Shown here: in pieces, positions 11,828 through 25,724 of the stretch
Layout of the letters: each line of letters opens with the position of its first letter
Position numbering within the stretch: position 1 is the first letter of the stretch
NCBI GenBank assembly: GCA_023213395.1
Contig: CM041465.1
Location: 185,759,741 to 185,823,740, forward strand
Length of the DNA stretch: 64,000 nt
Direction of reading: 5' to 3'
From: Cycas panzhihuaensis
Lineage: Eukaryota; Plantae; Cycadophyta
Translations under genes and position numbers: made by a program
Notes under the pieces: model-generated
Databases searched by the model: none
What the model saw: only the letters and a program-made list of their open reading frames with translations
Told to the model about the DNA's origin: nothing

Positions 11828-14800
11828 ATGATGGCTTCTTTATTGTTTGGTCTCTTAGAACAAGAAAAACTTGCAGATATGAAGTAATGCTCATATTTAT
11901 AAAATTAAGATTGAAACACTACTTAAGGCTTAAAATGCTTGGAATATTACTCTTGGGATTTAAACTAAGCCAGATGATGCTAGTGTAACCTTGCCCAGTT
12001 GGTTAGAAAGAGATAATACAGGTGTCATCATTCTTAAACTGTCAGTATTGGACTCTTTGTTGGTATATGTTAAAATATTAACCTCCACATAAAGCATTTG
12101 GAAATGCTTTAGAAATTTATTTAGTCAGAAAAATAAAGCCCAAATATTCACCCTGAAGGAATAATTGTGTAAGTTACATATGAGAGAGCATGAAACAATG
12201 ACTGGATTCATACACAAAGTCACTTCATTCAGAAATGGACTGTTGAGTGCTAGAGAAACTATGTCTAAACTAGAACTTATTCAGATGGTAGCCAGTAAAT
12301 TACCAAAGGCCTTTGATATAACCATCAATACCATTATAAACAATAATCAGATTGATACAATGACCCTTAACAAGTTGACTGGAATACTGCTTAGATAGAA
12401 ACAAAGAAATAGGCGATACAAAGACTCAATAGAACTAGAAGATGCATTTGCTTCTAGATTCAATCTGGGATCATGAGGATGAAGTTAGAGACATGGAAAG
12501 GGATAAACCCTAGATTCCAAGAATTTTATTCGTGGATAATATTTAGATAATAGAGGACACAGACAAAGTTGTGATTCTAAGATATATTTTAATTGTGGTA
12601 GATCTGGATACTTTGCTAGTACTTGTAGAGCATTTGATGTAGGTTATCATTGTGGATAGATAGGACATTATCCTTATCAATGTCCCCAGAGAAGAGCAGA
12701 CATTCAGAGATGGAAAAGGCCAGTGGGAAACTACAATAAAGAACAAACTGAGAAAGATGAATAGGAGACATCATTTATAGTTACCTTGTCAATAGGATTA
12801 AAGGAAATTGATACTTGGTTTATTGACTCTAGAGCTTCACGACACATGACAAACCATCAAGACTGGTTTAAAAGCATGAAACCCTATGACATCAAGAGAT
12901 CAATAGAATTAGGTGATAAATATCCACTAGAAATTAAGGGAGTGGGCATTGTCTCTATTTGCGTACAGGGTAATGTAAAGAAAATTAGAAATGTTTTGTG
13001 GGTTCCTAATCTAAAAATGAACATTTCGTCTGTCTCACAACTTAGCAAAAAAGGGCTAAGAACTTTGTTTGATGAATATAGCCTCTGTTTAATACTAGAC
13101 ATGAAAAATAATGGGTAAACCATTGCCAAAGGTATTAGGATTAATAATCTGTATAAACTAGTTTCAGATCCTGTAATACCTTGTTTAGATCCAAAAGCAT
13201 GTACTGTTATGAATCTTGATAGTAAAATGTGGCATTTGAAGTATGGACATCCACTAATAGAAACCTTAAGGAAAATGAAAAAATGTGATATGGTACATGG
13301 ATTGCCTAACATTTCTTTAGAAAATTTTGTATGTAAAGGATGCCAATTTGGAAACAATCACATATTGCCCTTCAAAGGGAGTAAATGGAGATCACAAAAT
13401 AAATTGGAATTGATTCACACAGATCTCTACAAACCACTTACACCACTTTTAATAAATGGTTATAGGTACTTCTTAACTTTCATTGATAATTTAAAAAAAA
13501 AGGTTTGGGTATATTTTCGTCATAATAAATCAGAGGTCTTTAAAATCTTTAAAGAATTTAATGTAGAAGTAGAACTTGAATCAGGATCCAAGATAAAGTA
13601 TATCAGATCAGATGGAGGAGGAGAGTATATCTCCAGTGAGTTTTTGACCTATTACAAAAGGAATGGAATTCAAAGACAAATCACCACACCCTATACTCCA
13701 CAATCTAACGGGGTCACTGAAAGGAAAAATAGAACTATGATGGAAATGGTTGGTAGCATGGTACATGAAAAATAGTTTCCAAAGTTGTATTGGGTAGAAG
13801 TTGTGAATACAACCTACTATCATATAAATAGAAGCCCAACTAAAGTACTAGATAATATCACATGATAGGAAGTGTGGATAGGTAAAAAAACTGATGTCAG
13901 CTCTTTTAAAGTATTTGGTAGCCAAGCTTATGTGCACATACCAAACAAAAGCAGGTCAAAAGTCAATGCAAAGAGCATAGAATGCATTATGATAGGATAT
14001 AACAAAAATTCAAAAGCATATAAATGAATTGATCTAAAAACAAATAAAATATATGTTAGTAGAGATGTAGTTTTCAATAAAGGAAACTTGAACTCCCAAT
14101 CTCAAATCAAAATAATTAAAGATGAAATAGAGAAATTAAGTAAAGAAATCTTCACAGAAGAAATCTCAAACATCACTACTGGAGAAATCCTACCTTGCTC
14201 ATCTCACAAAGATTTAGGTAAAGAAGGAAGTACAATAGAGGAGGTAGAATCACATTTGGAACCCACAAAAGCAAGAGAAAGCCTAAAAGATGAAAAGAAA
14301 TTGCCCAAATAGTTCATTAAGACCATTGAAGAAGGAGGAAATACATTTGATCATAGAACAAGTGGTCAAAAACCTAAACCCTTACTTGTCAGGGTTGAAC
14401 CCCAATCATTTCAAGAGGCCCAAGGTCAATCACAATGGAAGGCAATAATGAATGTTGAAATGAATTTGATTAACAAAAATGAGACATGGGAACTAGTAGA
14501 ACTTCCTCCAAACAAATCTATAGTTAATTGTAGATGGGTATATAAAATTAAGGAAGGTATAAATGGAAAGATCAAAAAATATAAGGTGCGTGTGGTGGCT
14601 AAAGGATATACTCAAATAGTTGGAATTGATTTTGAAGAGACCTTCTCATCCATGGCCAAGTTGAATATAGTAAGAACTGTGATAGCACTTGTAGCATTAC
14701 ATAATTGGAAAATTTTCCAACTAGATGTGAAGAGTGCATTCTTAAATAGTGATCTTAAAGAAGATGTATACATGGAACAACCTGAAGGATATGCCAGAAA

Positions 14801-15926
14801 AAGACATAAACAATTGGTGTGCAAATTAAAAAAACTGTATATGGACTGAAGCAAGCTCCCCGTGCATGGTATGCCAAGTTAGATCAACATTTATGTAATA
14901 ATAGTTTCCAATGATGTAGTTCAAATTCCAGCATATACACAAAGAAAATAGATGAGCAAATCACTATAATTATTGTTTATGTAGATGATATGATATTGAC
15001 AGGAAATCATGACAAGTCAATTATAGAAATAAAAGGACAGTTAGAAAAAAATTAAAAATGACAGACTTAGGTCTTCTTCATTATTATTTGGGGTTGGAAG
15101 TAAATCAATAGAAGGAATATATTTCTATCTCACAAAGTAAATACATAAAAGATCTGCTAGAAAAATTCAGAATGACAGATTGTAATTCATGTGCTACACC
15201 CATAGAGATCAATTGCAACTTAGTACCTGGTGAAAAGGAATAGATAGTTGATGTCACTCTATATAGGTAACTGGTTGGTAGTTTAATCTACCTCATGGCT
15301 GTGAGACCTGATATATCTTATTCTATTGGATTACTCTCTAGATACATGTAAGAACCTAGAGTAAGATATTAGAAGGTAGCTTGGAGAATACTGAGATACT
15401 TGTGAGGAACAATAGAATTGAAATTAATCTACTCAAAAAAGGAATCAGTATAACTCATAGGATATTATGATTCATATTAGATAGGTGATAAAGATCAAAG
15501 AAAGTCAAATAGTAGTTATTATTTCTTTTTACGATCAGTAGCAATTTAATGGTACAATAAAAGGTAACCCACTGTCGTACGCTCATCAACTGAAGCAGAA
15601 TACAAAGTAGCAATAACTACAACATGTGAAGCAATATGGCTCTAGTAGCTTCTGATTGATCTAAATCAACCTCAAGACAAAGCAACAACCATGTACTATG
15701 ACAATCAAAGTGCTATCAAGCTAACTAAAAATCATGTCCTTCATGCCAGAACTAAGTACATTGAAGTCCATCATCACTTTATAAGAGAGAAGGTTCATAG
15801 TAAATAAATTAAACTAGAATATTTTCCCACTGCAGAACAAATTGTAGATTTATTAACAAAATCATTAGGAAAAGAAAAGCTCCAATTTTTGAGAGACAAG
15901 ATAGGCTTGAAAGAGATAAAACATTA
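11828..15926 (+). pseudogene. Degenerate copia gag-pol of family F
   Basis: ORFs 12165, 12786, 13209, 14088 and 14448 in copia domain order, separated by stops and frameshifts. Confidence 0.9.
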
Positions 15927-15937
15927 AGAGAGGGTGG

Positions 15938-16128
15938 TGAGAGGTAATGTTTTATCATTAACTATGTAATTAATGTATGTAATAATGATATGTACCATAT
16001 TAGTAGAGGTTGGTTATATGTCAAGTTATAACGGTTACCAACCCAGTCATGTATTTAAGAAATTCATCGTCTCAATAAAGACGTTGAGTTCTCTTATCAG
16101 CCTTCTGTCTCTTGATTGAAAGTTAATA
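15938..16128 (+). repeat. 3' LTR of family F (~190 bp)
   Basis: Starts TGAGAGG after AAGAGAGGGTGG; host segment A resumes at GAACCCCC (compare 46325); terminal CA appears mutated to TA. Confidence 0.75.
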
Positions 16129-16757
16129 GAACCCCCACCTATTAGGTTAATTTTTATTTTATTTCTCATTCATCTATTTACCCATCAGGTTCTTTGAACT
16201 CTTGCATTGATCATTATATATTTTGATTAGGCGAAACACATTTCATTTATCATTCGATCAAGTGTTCCCTTGTTTAATCCTTTTTCCAATTCATAAAATG
16301 TAGACTCCAATGTAGTCTTAACTCGCACAGGGCATACAAGTTATTTTGCGTGGAAACTAAGAGTATTACATTCCTACATCAATAACCATTTAAAGAGCCT
16401 TTGGCATGCACCCCTGGTCTGTGTTCTTTTACTATTTTTATGATAAACTTATTCCAATAAAAATTTCTAACACTAATATTTAACACTTGGTTAGGAAACA
16501 CTCTATAAGTGCTTTGAAATGGTAGTATTATAGAAACTTTCATTACTTGATGTATGCCATACCTATGAACATAAAGTGTATACTTTTACTTCAAATTTAT
16601 ATAGGAATTAATAGGATTATCTACAAAGCATTTTTTTTCTATAGTTGATGATAAAGAAAATTTATACAAAATCATTTGTAAAATGTGTTGTGAAAAATAA
16701 TTCATGGTGTTTTATATATTTATAAATTTAGATTGTTTTATATAAAGCTTTACATAG
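16129..16757. repeat. Core unit segment A, subtype A2 (partial); carries the empty site for family B
   Basis: Shares diagnostic bases with 46325-46685; AAGCTTTACATAG continues TTTTGC rather than into the B LTR. Confidence 0.88.
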
Positions 16758-18314
16758 TTTTGCATACTACTTCACCTACTTTCCCCTAAAATTTTATAAA
16801 CATGTAGCCTTATGTTTATTCATGTTACTTCAAAGTTTCACATAAATCCTTATATAAATTTGCATAATATTTCACATTATTTTGTATATGGTTTATTTTA
16901 TGAAGTCTTATATACAGATTTTGATGTAGCATAAAATGTAAGCATGATATGATGAGTGGTCATCATTTAAAAAGTTAATGTAATATAGAGCTGGATATTT
17001 CTCTAAATTTGACTCATATCTAGGAAACAACTAGTTAATAACATATAATAGAATATGTACTAAGTTGTCAAATATCTAAAACATAAATTAATTACCTACA
17101 CTAAAATAACAAATAAATATCTATAAAATTATTTTTGTCACATAGTCACATGTAGTGTTGCATATTGATTTCTAAGGTCTTGCACATCATTTCCTTCTTT
17201 CTCTCAAGGCCACATACAAATGTCACAAGCATATTTATACTATATTATCCAATAATTATTTCCTTTCTAAAAAGTCAATCATAGTGTCGCATGTTTATAA
17301 TGTATCACAAAAAAATTAGAGGTTTCTTGATGCATAGTGTTAACACAAAATATATCACTTAATATCATTTCAATTAGAACCACTAATGCTAAAGGCAGAC
17401 TTCACTACATAGTCACCAATTATTCCCATTAATACATTCTATAGTATGTTAAGATCTCCCTAGTAGTTAGGATAAGTAGCAATGGCTCACTTAAAAATAA
17501 TTTAATCTCATTTAATCATATTTATATAATGGTGTTTTCTGATCTACAACTATAAGACTCTCTTTGATCCAAATTTGAGTGGGTAGCTAAGACCAAGTGA
17601 AGTTTGCCTTAATACTAATAAATCATTCATTATAATCACATTACTAATTGAAGTTGTAATCATACTTGAATGACTTACTACAATAAACAAGGACCAAAAA
17701 TCTACAACTAGAGTTGTTAATGAATGGATGAGCTAAACTTCATATTAATTACACTAAATACATAATATAGAAGACAAAAAATTTAGAATTCTCCCTTAAT
17801 GTATTGATTGCAACTATTGCTACTAATGGGAGGATAAGTATGATGACTCCAAAGTTATATTAGTAAAACTCATAATCCATCACCTTAGACCTTAACAATA
17901 TCAATTGGAGCAAATTGAAGAACAACATGCATGCCTAAATATCCTACAAGAGTAGTACACTAGATATAAATTTTCTTAAAAGTAATTGAAGCATCTTCAT
18001 GCAGACATGTTGATAGGACAAAGAACTTAAGAAAAATCATTCCAAGGGGGGTTAAGCATTAATAGATTTCTCGATTATTTCTTATTAATGCAAATAACAC
18101 AATTACCAATGGAAAAAACACATTTGAAAGAAAATTACAATGATAAAAAAAGTTGTTGGGGGGGTGGGGTGGTGGGAAATCCATTAGGTTGTAGAAATTG
18201 ATAATTACATATATCAAAAATTACAAAATAATAATACACACCATTAATATCTAGCATGTTAGACTCACCAAGTATCCCTCTTATAATAAAAATGATTAAT
18301 TAATATCGACTCTC

Positions 18315-18580
18315 TTTTTAAGTTATAAGAGAAGATCAATTCTCTTTTTCAATTCATGATTGGACATTAAAATCATTTATAAAGGAGAAAAAACATATCT
18401 CTAGTATTAATAGCAATAACATTATAGCCAATTTAGTGCACTTAGTATAGTATATAGTGAAGAACTAATTTTTAGAATATAATAAGATAGTTGACAAACA
18501 TTAGGGTCAATTGATAATCAAACAAAATGGAATGAGTTTATGGCCACTCTATTTGCTAAAGCACATACATGGTATCATGG
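18315..18580 (+). mobile_element. Fragment of the same old gypsy family as 48590-54151
   Basis: ~265 bp colinear match to 48593-48859. Confidence 0.75.
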
Positions 18581-18746
18581 ATGTTTTTGTTATATCATCC
18601 CTGCCATGCATATGTCTTCCCATGTCATGCATCTATCCTTTTTGCCCTTGTCACACGTTTGCCATTTTTTTTTTATAAAATTTTTAGGGGAGTAAACTCT
18701 GCTTCTGAGTGGAGAGTCATCACCGAAGTGCCTTGAGGGCACCTAT

Positions 18747-19145
18747 CGATGCAAAAATATTCAACAGAAGGTTTGGGTAAGATTTATTTGGTTATATTAA
18801 AAATATTTCGTAAATTATTAGAGAAAGAAAGGAATCTATACTTTAAGTGTAGGGTAAAACTTAAGTCAGGTCTATCGCATGTGCCACTTAGTCGGTTAAT
18901 TATATCATTGGAAATATTAACGGGTTGCCTATAAATTAAGCCTTGTATCATTCTTTTATATATTATCTTGATATATATGTAGAAGATCTACCCAAATTGA
19001 GCCTTATGTGGTGACCAATTCACCTGTGCTTTCTTTAACTTAGTTCTGGTTTATTATTTTACTTGTTTTTCTGTATTATTTTGATATTATAGCTTGATTT
19101 CATATTAGTAGCACATGTTTTACAAATTCTAGATGTTTCTCTTAG
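18747..19145 (+). repeat. Possible partial/solo LTR
   Basis: CTATAAAT followed by TTGTATCATT and a T-rich U5-like tail; no partner copy in the window. Confidence 0.3.
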
Positions 19146-22785
<3,640 letters not shown>

Positions 22786-23170
22786 TGTTACATGCCATTG
22801 CGTCAAAATGTCTGTAGGTGATTTTGATAGGTTGCTAATAGGGTACCTGGAGATGTCTTGACCTCCAACACCCCCCCATGCATGTTGTGTGACCTCTATC
22901 CAGCTAGAGGGTATGCAATCAGCTGCCCAACCTGCCTTTTTTTTTTTGTGCTAAGGGGTACTCACTTGATCACCTAACCTATCTTATTTTGGTGGCAAGG
23001 GGTATGTACTTGGCTACCCAACCTGTGTTTATGACAATAGCAGGCACTGCGTCGGTAGTAGGAGTGGAACCCAAGCCTTAGCTTTGATACCACTTGTTAT
23101 ATGCTATTGCATCAAAATACAAATAGGTGATTCTGATAGGTCACTAACAGGGTGCACAGAGACATCTCAA
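22786..23170 (-). mobile_element. TRIM-like mini LTR element 1 (~85 bp LTRs, non-coding interior)
   Basis: Direct repeats 22786-22870 (TG...CA) and 23095-~23170; reverse PPT CCCCCCC at 22871-22877; reverse PBS GCTTTGATACCA at 23081-23092; three ~45 bp internal repeats. Confidence 0.85.
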
Positions 23171-23459
23171 AGCTGAATCTGAAGCTACTCTAGGAGACAA
23201 AAATGATCCACTTGGCATGGCAACCCTACACATCAAATTTTATTAAAATATGAGATAGTCAAAATTTTCATAAAATTTTAGGCCTTCAATGCTTTTGGGG
23301 TGGTTTTGGTAACCAAACAACTTCAAAAATTTATCTTTTTCACCTCTAAAATTGTACATGCATAAATAAAGTAGCAACATACAAAATAATATAATTTTAA
23401 ACTCTTTAATGCAAAAGAAAGTTCTCAAATAAGCTCTCAACCTCATATAAATTATGAGT

Positions 23460-24996
23460 TAAAAGCATTAATGGCTTCATGCAAGCCTAGTGAGAAAATG
23501 TGGCCAATAATGGATAACAGAACACCCATCAACAATGGCCTAGATAGTCTCAAGGCCAAGTGCCACCTTTCAATGCAAGGTAGTTAGGCCAAATTAGCAC
23601 TTCAAGAACTAGAAATCAGATTATCATGTGTGAAAGGTGTAATAGGAAAGGACACCTTGCAAAGGATTGTCATATACCTGCATATAAGTTACCTAAGTTT
23701 CAATAAAAATACAAGGATTACAATGTTGATGAAATATATGAAGAACAATTTAGTAGTATAGGTTTTGATTAAGTACACATTCAAAGACTTGAGGGAAGAA
23801 TGATTGATTAAACTAAGAGGTATTTTGAAGCTCATTATGGCTATGCCACTTGTGATCTTAAATCACCAATGCAAACCCATCTTGGACTTATAAATAGCAT
23901 AACTTTAAACACCTCCTTATTGATCATAGACATAGAAGCAACATAAAATATGACCTATAATTAGGATCTATATTAAACTTTTGATTCTAATATATATAGT
24001 GTCATTCACATGGATGACAAATCCCAACAACCAGTCAAATGTATTGGAAATATACGCCTAAAACTCCAAGGCTTAAGAGACTTTGTATTACTTAATGTCC
24101 TATACATTCCTAATCTGAATAAAAACCTATTCTCCTTATCTACTCTTATCTCCCGTGGATTCGATCTTAGTGTTACTACAAATGACCAAACTCTCCAGGT
24201 TATTTACCGTCCAACAAATCAAGTAGTCTTGATTGGAAAGCTTACTGGCAAATTATTTAAGTTGAATGACTCCCCATTTTCTAAAGCCAATTGTGCTCAA
24301 AGCCCTTGTGTTGATGAAGACTTTGATTTTAATACTAGTTTAACATGCCCTAAGTTATCCCTATAAGCTCTTTGGCATGCTTGCATAGGCCATGTTTATA
24401 TTAATCAATTTAGAGATCTTTGTGATACCCTTCCAGGCCTGCCCAAGTTCTCCTCCAAGCCCTTTAACTGTAAAGCATATATCATAGCCGAATCTCATAG
24501 ACAATTCTTTGCCAATAGTCAGTGAAAATCAAGTTATCCTCTTCAATTGGTACACTCTGATCTATGCAGACCAATGCCCATTCCATCATTAAATCAAAAA
24601 TTATATTACATATCCTTCATTGATGATTTTACCAGGAAAGTGTAGGTGGCTTTTCTAACCAAGAAACATGAGGCATTTGGTGTCTTTAAATCTTTTAAAG
24701 ATCGTACTGAAAAGGAGTCAAGTTATCAGATTAAGTATCTCTGAATAGATAATGGTAGAGAATATACCTCTATTGAGTTTGAAACCTATCTATGAGACAA
24801 TGATATCAAGTATAATACTACAATAGTAGGCACCCCTTAATAGAATAGAGTTGCTGAGTATATGAATATGTCTATTATGAATATGGCTCGAGCTATGTTA
24901 CTTTATAAAAATGTACTTGCTTACCTATGGGTGGAAGTAATTTGGACAGTTGTTTATTGTATGAATATTGTTAGCCCATCTAAAGGAGAAACTTCT
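23460..24996 (+). mobile_element. Copia family I copy 2, 5' part (gag end, protease, integrase N-half); 5' LTR/PBS missing
   Basis: CERCNRKGHLAKDC knuckle at ~23629-23670; ORF 24010 VLYIPNLNKNLFS; ISFIDDFTRK; interrupted by element H. Confidence 0.88.
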
Positions 24997-25294
24997 TAAA
25001 AAGAGTGGATCTATTCTTCATCTCCATGCACTAAACACAAAGGCAAACATGAGAGCAAGAGAGATTTGAGAGAAAGAAAGTAGCTCTCACAAAATAGGGA
25101 GGTAAGAATGAATCTCCTCCATTGAGCTTTTACTTTTATATTGAGAGAGGGAGCATTAGAGGTAGGTGAAATGAAATTACACATAATGTACATGAAAGTG
25201 CATTTCACTTAAGTGATCTAATTTAAAGTTCACATAAGACCCTTTTTTGAAATAATCAACTAATGTAATGACCTTATGTCATTAACCCTTTACA
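24997..25294 (-). repeat. 3' LTR of H
   Basis: About 17 substitutions versus the 5' LTR by eye; PPT (CTCCCCCTT on +) at 25297-25305. Confidence 0.95.
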
Positions 25295-25724
25295 ATCTCC
25301 CCCTTAATGGTAGAAGGTCATTTCATCCTATTTTATTCTATCCTATGAGGTCTTCATTTGAGCCTCTTATAAAGCAAACTACTATGACACTTTTGTGGGA
25401 AACCCTCATGGGGAAGAAAACCTATAAATTTTCTAATCTACTAACCTGAATCAGGCAGCTCTTTAAATGTAGCCAGATAGCCAATCAATACAATGAATTT
25501 TGTAGTTAAAATCTACCGAGTCTCCATATATCATTTGGTCATCCCCCATTCCCTTTCAGGTTTTCACAGGTTTTGATTTTCCAAAATGATACAACCCTTA
25601 TCCTTTCACGCCCACATGGGGTTTTCACGAATGGGATAGAGCAGAGACTTACTCTTGTCCTTACCTTTACAAGGGTTTTCACTAATGAGACAGAGTATAA
25701 TGGTCCTATTGTAATCTCCTTCAA

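Larger units (their letters stand above)
11321..16128 (+). mobile_element. Ty1/copia family F, lacking 5' LTR/PBS; gag-PR-INT-RT-RH, PPT and 3' LTR present
   Basis: Two decayed CCHC knuckles ~12585-12685; WFIDSRASRHM; IRSDGGGEY and TPYTPQSNGVTERKNRT; QLDVKSAFLN; YVDD at ~14978; RH end at ~15840; purine tract then TG at 15938. Confidence 0.93.

Noticed and set aside
12884-13357. 157 aa minus-strand ORF and similar antisense ORFs (6371, 14612, 40128, 58523)
   Set aside because: Antisense shadows of retrotransposon pol with no independent motif.
22906-23027. Three ~30 bp repeats with short spacers, superficially CRISPR-like
   Set aside because: Degenerate internal repeats of a TRIM in eukaryotic DNA; spacers are T-rich and there are no cas genes.
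22786-23170. Cassandra TRIM assignment
   Set aside because: No 5S rRNA-like sequence in the LTRs; the boxes are tRNA-type and split by the PBS.
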